Source: Promethearchaeota archaeon
GTDB taxonomy: Archaea; Asgardarchaeota; Lokiarchaeia; Sigyniarchaeales; SOKP01
DNA: 10,355 bases
Direction of reading: 5' to 3'
NCBI GenBank assembly: GCA_019058015.1
Contig: JAHLWH010000036.1
Coordinates: 1 to 10,355 of the forward strand
The translations under genes were made by a program, and so were the position numbers. This document shows, in pieces, positions 7,806-10,355 of this stretch (position 1 is the first letter of the stretch; every line of letters begins with the position of its first letter). Under the pieces are notes generated by a model. That model worked only from the letters and a program-made list of their open reading frames with translations, had not been told where the DNA came from and ran no database searches.

Positions 7806-7832
7806 GATTGCAATTTACAATCAAATTGTAAT
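7806..7832. repeat. Overlapping inverted repeats of an ATTGYAA half-site (three copies) just after the proC stop
   Basis: ATTGCAA (7807-7813), TTACAAT (7815-7821) and ATTGTAA (7825-7831) in alternating orientation. Confidence 0.5.
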
Positions 7833-8647
7833 TACTCCTTTGAACCAAGTTTTCGGGATTTAATGGTTGCAGTTTCGACTGCATCAATTAAAATAGATCT
7901 AATATTTCCAATTTCTAACATGTGCAATGCATCAATTGTCGTACCTCCAGGAGTAGCTACCATGTCTTTTAGAAGTGCTGGGTGTTTTCCAGTTTTTATA
8001 ACCAATTTTGCTGCACCTAAAACAGTCTGGGCAGCTAATTGTAAAGATACATCACGTGATAACCCCATTTTAACTCCACCATCAGCTAAAGCCTCAATGA
8101 CCAAAAATATATATGCAGGACCGCTACCTGATAATCCTGTTACAGCATCAAGATGTCTTTCATCTAATTCTACAACTATCCCTACTGCATTAAAAATTTT
8201 TTTTACAAAATTAAGATTTTCTTCCTGTATTTTTCCATTATTAGAGATTGCAGATGCCCCACAACCAATTAACGCAGGTATATTAGTCATTACTCTTGAT
8301 AAACCTACATCTTTTTTAAAAAATGTAGAAAGATATTTAAGTGGGATTCCTGCTGCAATAGAGATTATTATTTGTTGTTCATCAACTACAGATCCAATTT
8401 CTTCTAGAACCGTATTTATTACTTGTGGTTTAACTGCGATTAATATATATTTACTCTTATGAGCTAAATCGGTATTATCTTGTGCAATTTCTACATTAAA
8501 CTGGTTGGAACATTGATTTAGAATATCTTTTTTAATATCATATATTATAATTTTTTGTTTTTCAATAATTTTTGAATTAATTATACCTTTTAATAAGGAT
8601 AATCCAATATTGCCAGTACCAATAATTCCCAATTCTTTTTTAAACAT
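7832..8647 (-). CDS. proC: Pyrroline-5-carboxylate reductase, about 271 aa
   Basis: GIIGTGNIG, IAVKPQ, ISIAAGI, RVMTNIP, DAVTGLSGSGPAY and VATPGGTT motifs. ATG at 8647 is preferred; TTG alternatives exist at 8653 and 8659. Confidence 0.96.
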   Translation of the reverse strand: MFKKELGIIGTGNIGLSLLKGIINSKIIEKQKIIIYDIKKDILNQCSNQFNVEIAQDNTDLAHKSKYILIAVKPQVINTVLEEIGSVVDEQQIIISIAAGIPLKYLSTFFKKDVGLSRVMTNIPALIGCGASAISNNGKIQEENLNFVKKIFNAVGIVVELDERHLDAVTGLSGSGPAYIFLVIEALADGGVKMGLSRDVSLQLAAQTVLGAAKLVIKTGKHPALLKDMVATPGGTTIDALHMLEIGNIRSILIDAVETATIKSRKLGSKE

Positions 8648-8780
8648 ATCCAATATCAATTATAATTTGAATAAAATATTTTTATAATTGATTTAAGTGG
8701 AATATCCAAAAAAAGATTTTCTATCCATTTTTAGTGATATAAAAATAAGATTTTATAAAAAGTAAAAAAAAATGAGGATT

Positions 8781-9290
8781 TTATGTAAAAATGTCAAAGA
8801 ATTCTTGAGAACTTATTCCTAAGTCGTCCCAAATATTCTTTCTAAGAATAACTTTAGCAGCATCAATTTTTACTTTTTGAAAACCAAATTTTTCAAAAAA
8901 TTTCATTCCTTTTTTATTATTCTTAAAGAGTTCCACAAATATTAAAGCAATATTATTTTTTTTTTGAATATTAACAAATTCATTTAGTAAATTATAACCT
9001 ATTCTCTTCCCTCTAAATGCTGGATTAACATATACAAAATGAATTTTTATAGCCGGTAAAATATCTTTAATAGATTTAACTACATTATTTCTTTCACTTA
9101 CTAGAACTCCTGCAACATTATTTTCATAATAGCCAATTAGAATAAAAAAGTCATTATTTTCAAATTTTTTCTTAAAATTCTTTATTAGGTCAATATATTC
9201 TTTAGCACAAAGTTCTATAAAAAAATAGTCACTTTTTTCCGCTACTTTGATTTTTTTGTGTGTTCTGTTATTATACATTGTTATTTTCAT
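8781..9290 (-). CDS. GNAT-family N-acetyltransferase
   Basis: Motif A VYVNPAFRGKRIGYNLL and motif B NKKGMKFFEKFGF. The likely start is the ATG at 9290, which forms a TAATG overlap with the upstream remnant's stop; alternatives are 9278 and GTG 9308. Confidence 0.85.
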   Translation of the reverse strand: MKITMYNNRTHKKIKVAEKSDYFFIELCAKEYIDLIKNFKKKFENNDFFILIGYYENNVAGVLVSERNNVVKSIKDILPAIKIHFVYVNPAFRGKRIGYNLLNEFVNIQKKNNIALIFVELFKNNKKGMKFFEKFGFQKVKIDAAKVILRKNIWDDLGISSQEFFDIFT

Positions 9291-9419
9291 TAATTTAGTG
9301 TTTTCCACAATTTTTCGATAAGATCTTTTTTAATACTTCCATTATTACGATCATTATTTGTACACACAACTGAACGGACACCAATAATATCTGGTTTGAT
9401 TTTTTATCTCGATATCCAA
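9290..9419 (-). pseudogene. Remnant of a second mfnB paralog (C-terminal 37 codons, possibly preceded by a few out-of-frame codons from TTG 9419)
   Basis: Frame 9403..9290 reads KIKPDIIGVRSVVCTNNDRNNGSIKKDLIEKLWKTLN*. It aligns by eye with the adjacent MfnB C-terminus KLGADITGFRGAACSNKNRKTGFVTKECVANIMRIANEL (D..G.R...C....R..G). This frame has no start codon; a TAA lies at 9406..9404. Confidence 0.8.
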
Positions 9420-9435
9420 TTTTTTGGAAAATTTT

Positions 9436-10146
9436 TTATAATTCATTTGCAATTCTCATAATGTTTGCAACACATTCTTTAGTAACAAAACCTGTTTTCC
9501 GGTTCTTATTGCTACAAGCAGCACCTCTAAATCCTGTAATGTCTGCACCTAATTTATTAATAGTAAATAGATCTTTAGGACTAAGAGATCCCGCAAGTGC
9601 TGCTAATAAGTCTAAATTATGAGCATTGTCAATAAAATTTTTTAATTCCTTAAATTTTAAAAAATCAAATAATTTTCTACCATCTTTCATATGTGTATCT
9701 AACATTGCTACTTTTGCCCCAGCAGATTTTACAATATTGGGGATTTTCATTGGATCAATTCCCCCAAACAGTCTTGAATCCGCATAACCAGCACCCACAA
9801 CTATAATATTTGGATTATGATCTTTCACAGCTTTTACTACTTCTGTCATCAATTTTGTTCCTTCTTCCTCCTTAGTCATACCGTAAAGTCCTACTTTTAT
9901 ATAATCTGCACCTGACAACGCGGCTCCGAGTGCCGCCAATGCCGCAGTTCCTGGTAAATTAGGCATATCTCCAATTGCTGCGCTTATCAAATTACTGGAT
10001 ACCAATTTTTTAACTTGGCTTATAAATGAAGGAGCTACCCCACCTAATGATCCTTCCATAGGATTTTTTAAATCTATAATATCTGCTTTTCCTTCTAATA
10101 CAGAAGGCAATTCTTCAAGGGAACGTATACTTATTAGAATCTTCAT
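9436..10146 (-). CDS. mfnB: (5-formylfuran-3-yl)methyl phosphate synthase (4-HFC-P synthase; DUF556/UPF0264), methanofuran biosynthesis, 236 aa
   Basis: ADIIDLKNPMEGSLG (catalytic Lys motif), SAAIGD, ADYIKVGL, MLDTHMKDG, ALAGSL and GFRGAAC motifs. SD-like AGGGG 6 nt before the ATG. Confidence 0.93.
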   Translation of the reverse strand: MKILISIRSLEELPSVLEGKADIIDLKNPMEGSLGGVAPSFISQVKKLVSSNLISAAIGDMPNLPGTAALAALGAALSGADYIKVGLYGMTKEEEGTKLMTEVVKAVKDHNPNIIVVGAGYADSRLFGGIDPMKIPNIVKSAGAKVAMLDTHMKDGRKLFDFLKFKELKNFIDNAHNLDLLAALAGSLSPKDLFTINKLGADITGFRGAACSNKNRKTGFVTKECVANIMRIANEL

Positions 10147-10308
10147 TTGAAACCCCTATTATATATTTATTCACTTCTCTTTTTAAAAGATTTTTTATTT
10201 AATACTTTTTTCAAATTCTTTTTTATTTATATAGATTTAATTTCTAATTATTTTTAGAATAAATTCACTAATAAAATAAAATTTATGAAAATTGAAAATT
10301 GATTTAAT

Positions 10309-10355
10309 ATGAGTGAAATTGATGAGTTCGAATTAACTGATATAAAGAGCGATAA
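10309..10355 (+). CDS. 5' end of a divergently transcribed gene (MSEIDEFELTDIKSD...), product unknown
   Basis: ATG at 10309 is open to the window end, with a shift from A/T-only intergenic DNA to codon-like composition. Only 15 codons are visible. Confidence 0.5.
   Translation, partial: MSEIDEFELTDIKSD

Noticed and set aside
7863-8462. 199-aa plus-strand ORF
   Set aside because: Entirely antisense to well-conserved proC, with no recognisable motifs.
5599-9419. Recurrent TTGGATAT near the starts of aclB, proC and the mfnB remnant (also 8702-8709)
   Set aside because: The same 8-mer also occurs inside aclA (about 3140) and on the other strand in acn (about 6499). It is not clearly above chance in AT-rich DNA.
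1-10355. CRISPR arrays, tRNA/rRNA genes, IS elements
   Set aside because: No regularly spaced repeats, GC-rich structured RNA segments, transposase motifs or terminal inverted repeats were seen by eye.

Overview
AT-rich prokaryotic window, most likely archaeal and probably Asgard/Lokiarchaeia. This is an inference from mfnB, archaeal BRE/TATA-like promoters, AGGTG/GAGGT-type Shine-Dalgarno sites and a Loki-style TetR N-terminus. Almost all genes are on the minus strand. In transcription order they are: mfnB (methanofuran biosynthesis), a cryptic remnant of a second mfnB paralog, a GNAT acetyltransferase, proC, then a citrate cluster of aconitase, aclB and aclA (two-subunit ATP-citrate lyase, eukaryote/Methanothrix-like in sequence) and isocitrate dehydrogenase. 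A decayed region follows, with a GH4 glycosidase pseudogene (in-frame TAA, truncated), a 38-codon TetR N-terminal remnant, an operator-like palindrome and the start of a gene with no canonical start codon. A divergent plus-strand gene starts at the right edge. The most interesting signal is the acn-aclB-aclA-icd module, where ATP-citrate lyase sits in place of citrate synthase. Several gene remnants missed by the ORF track are also notable.
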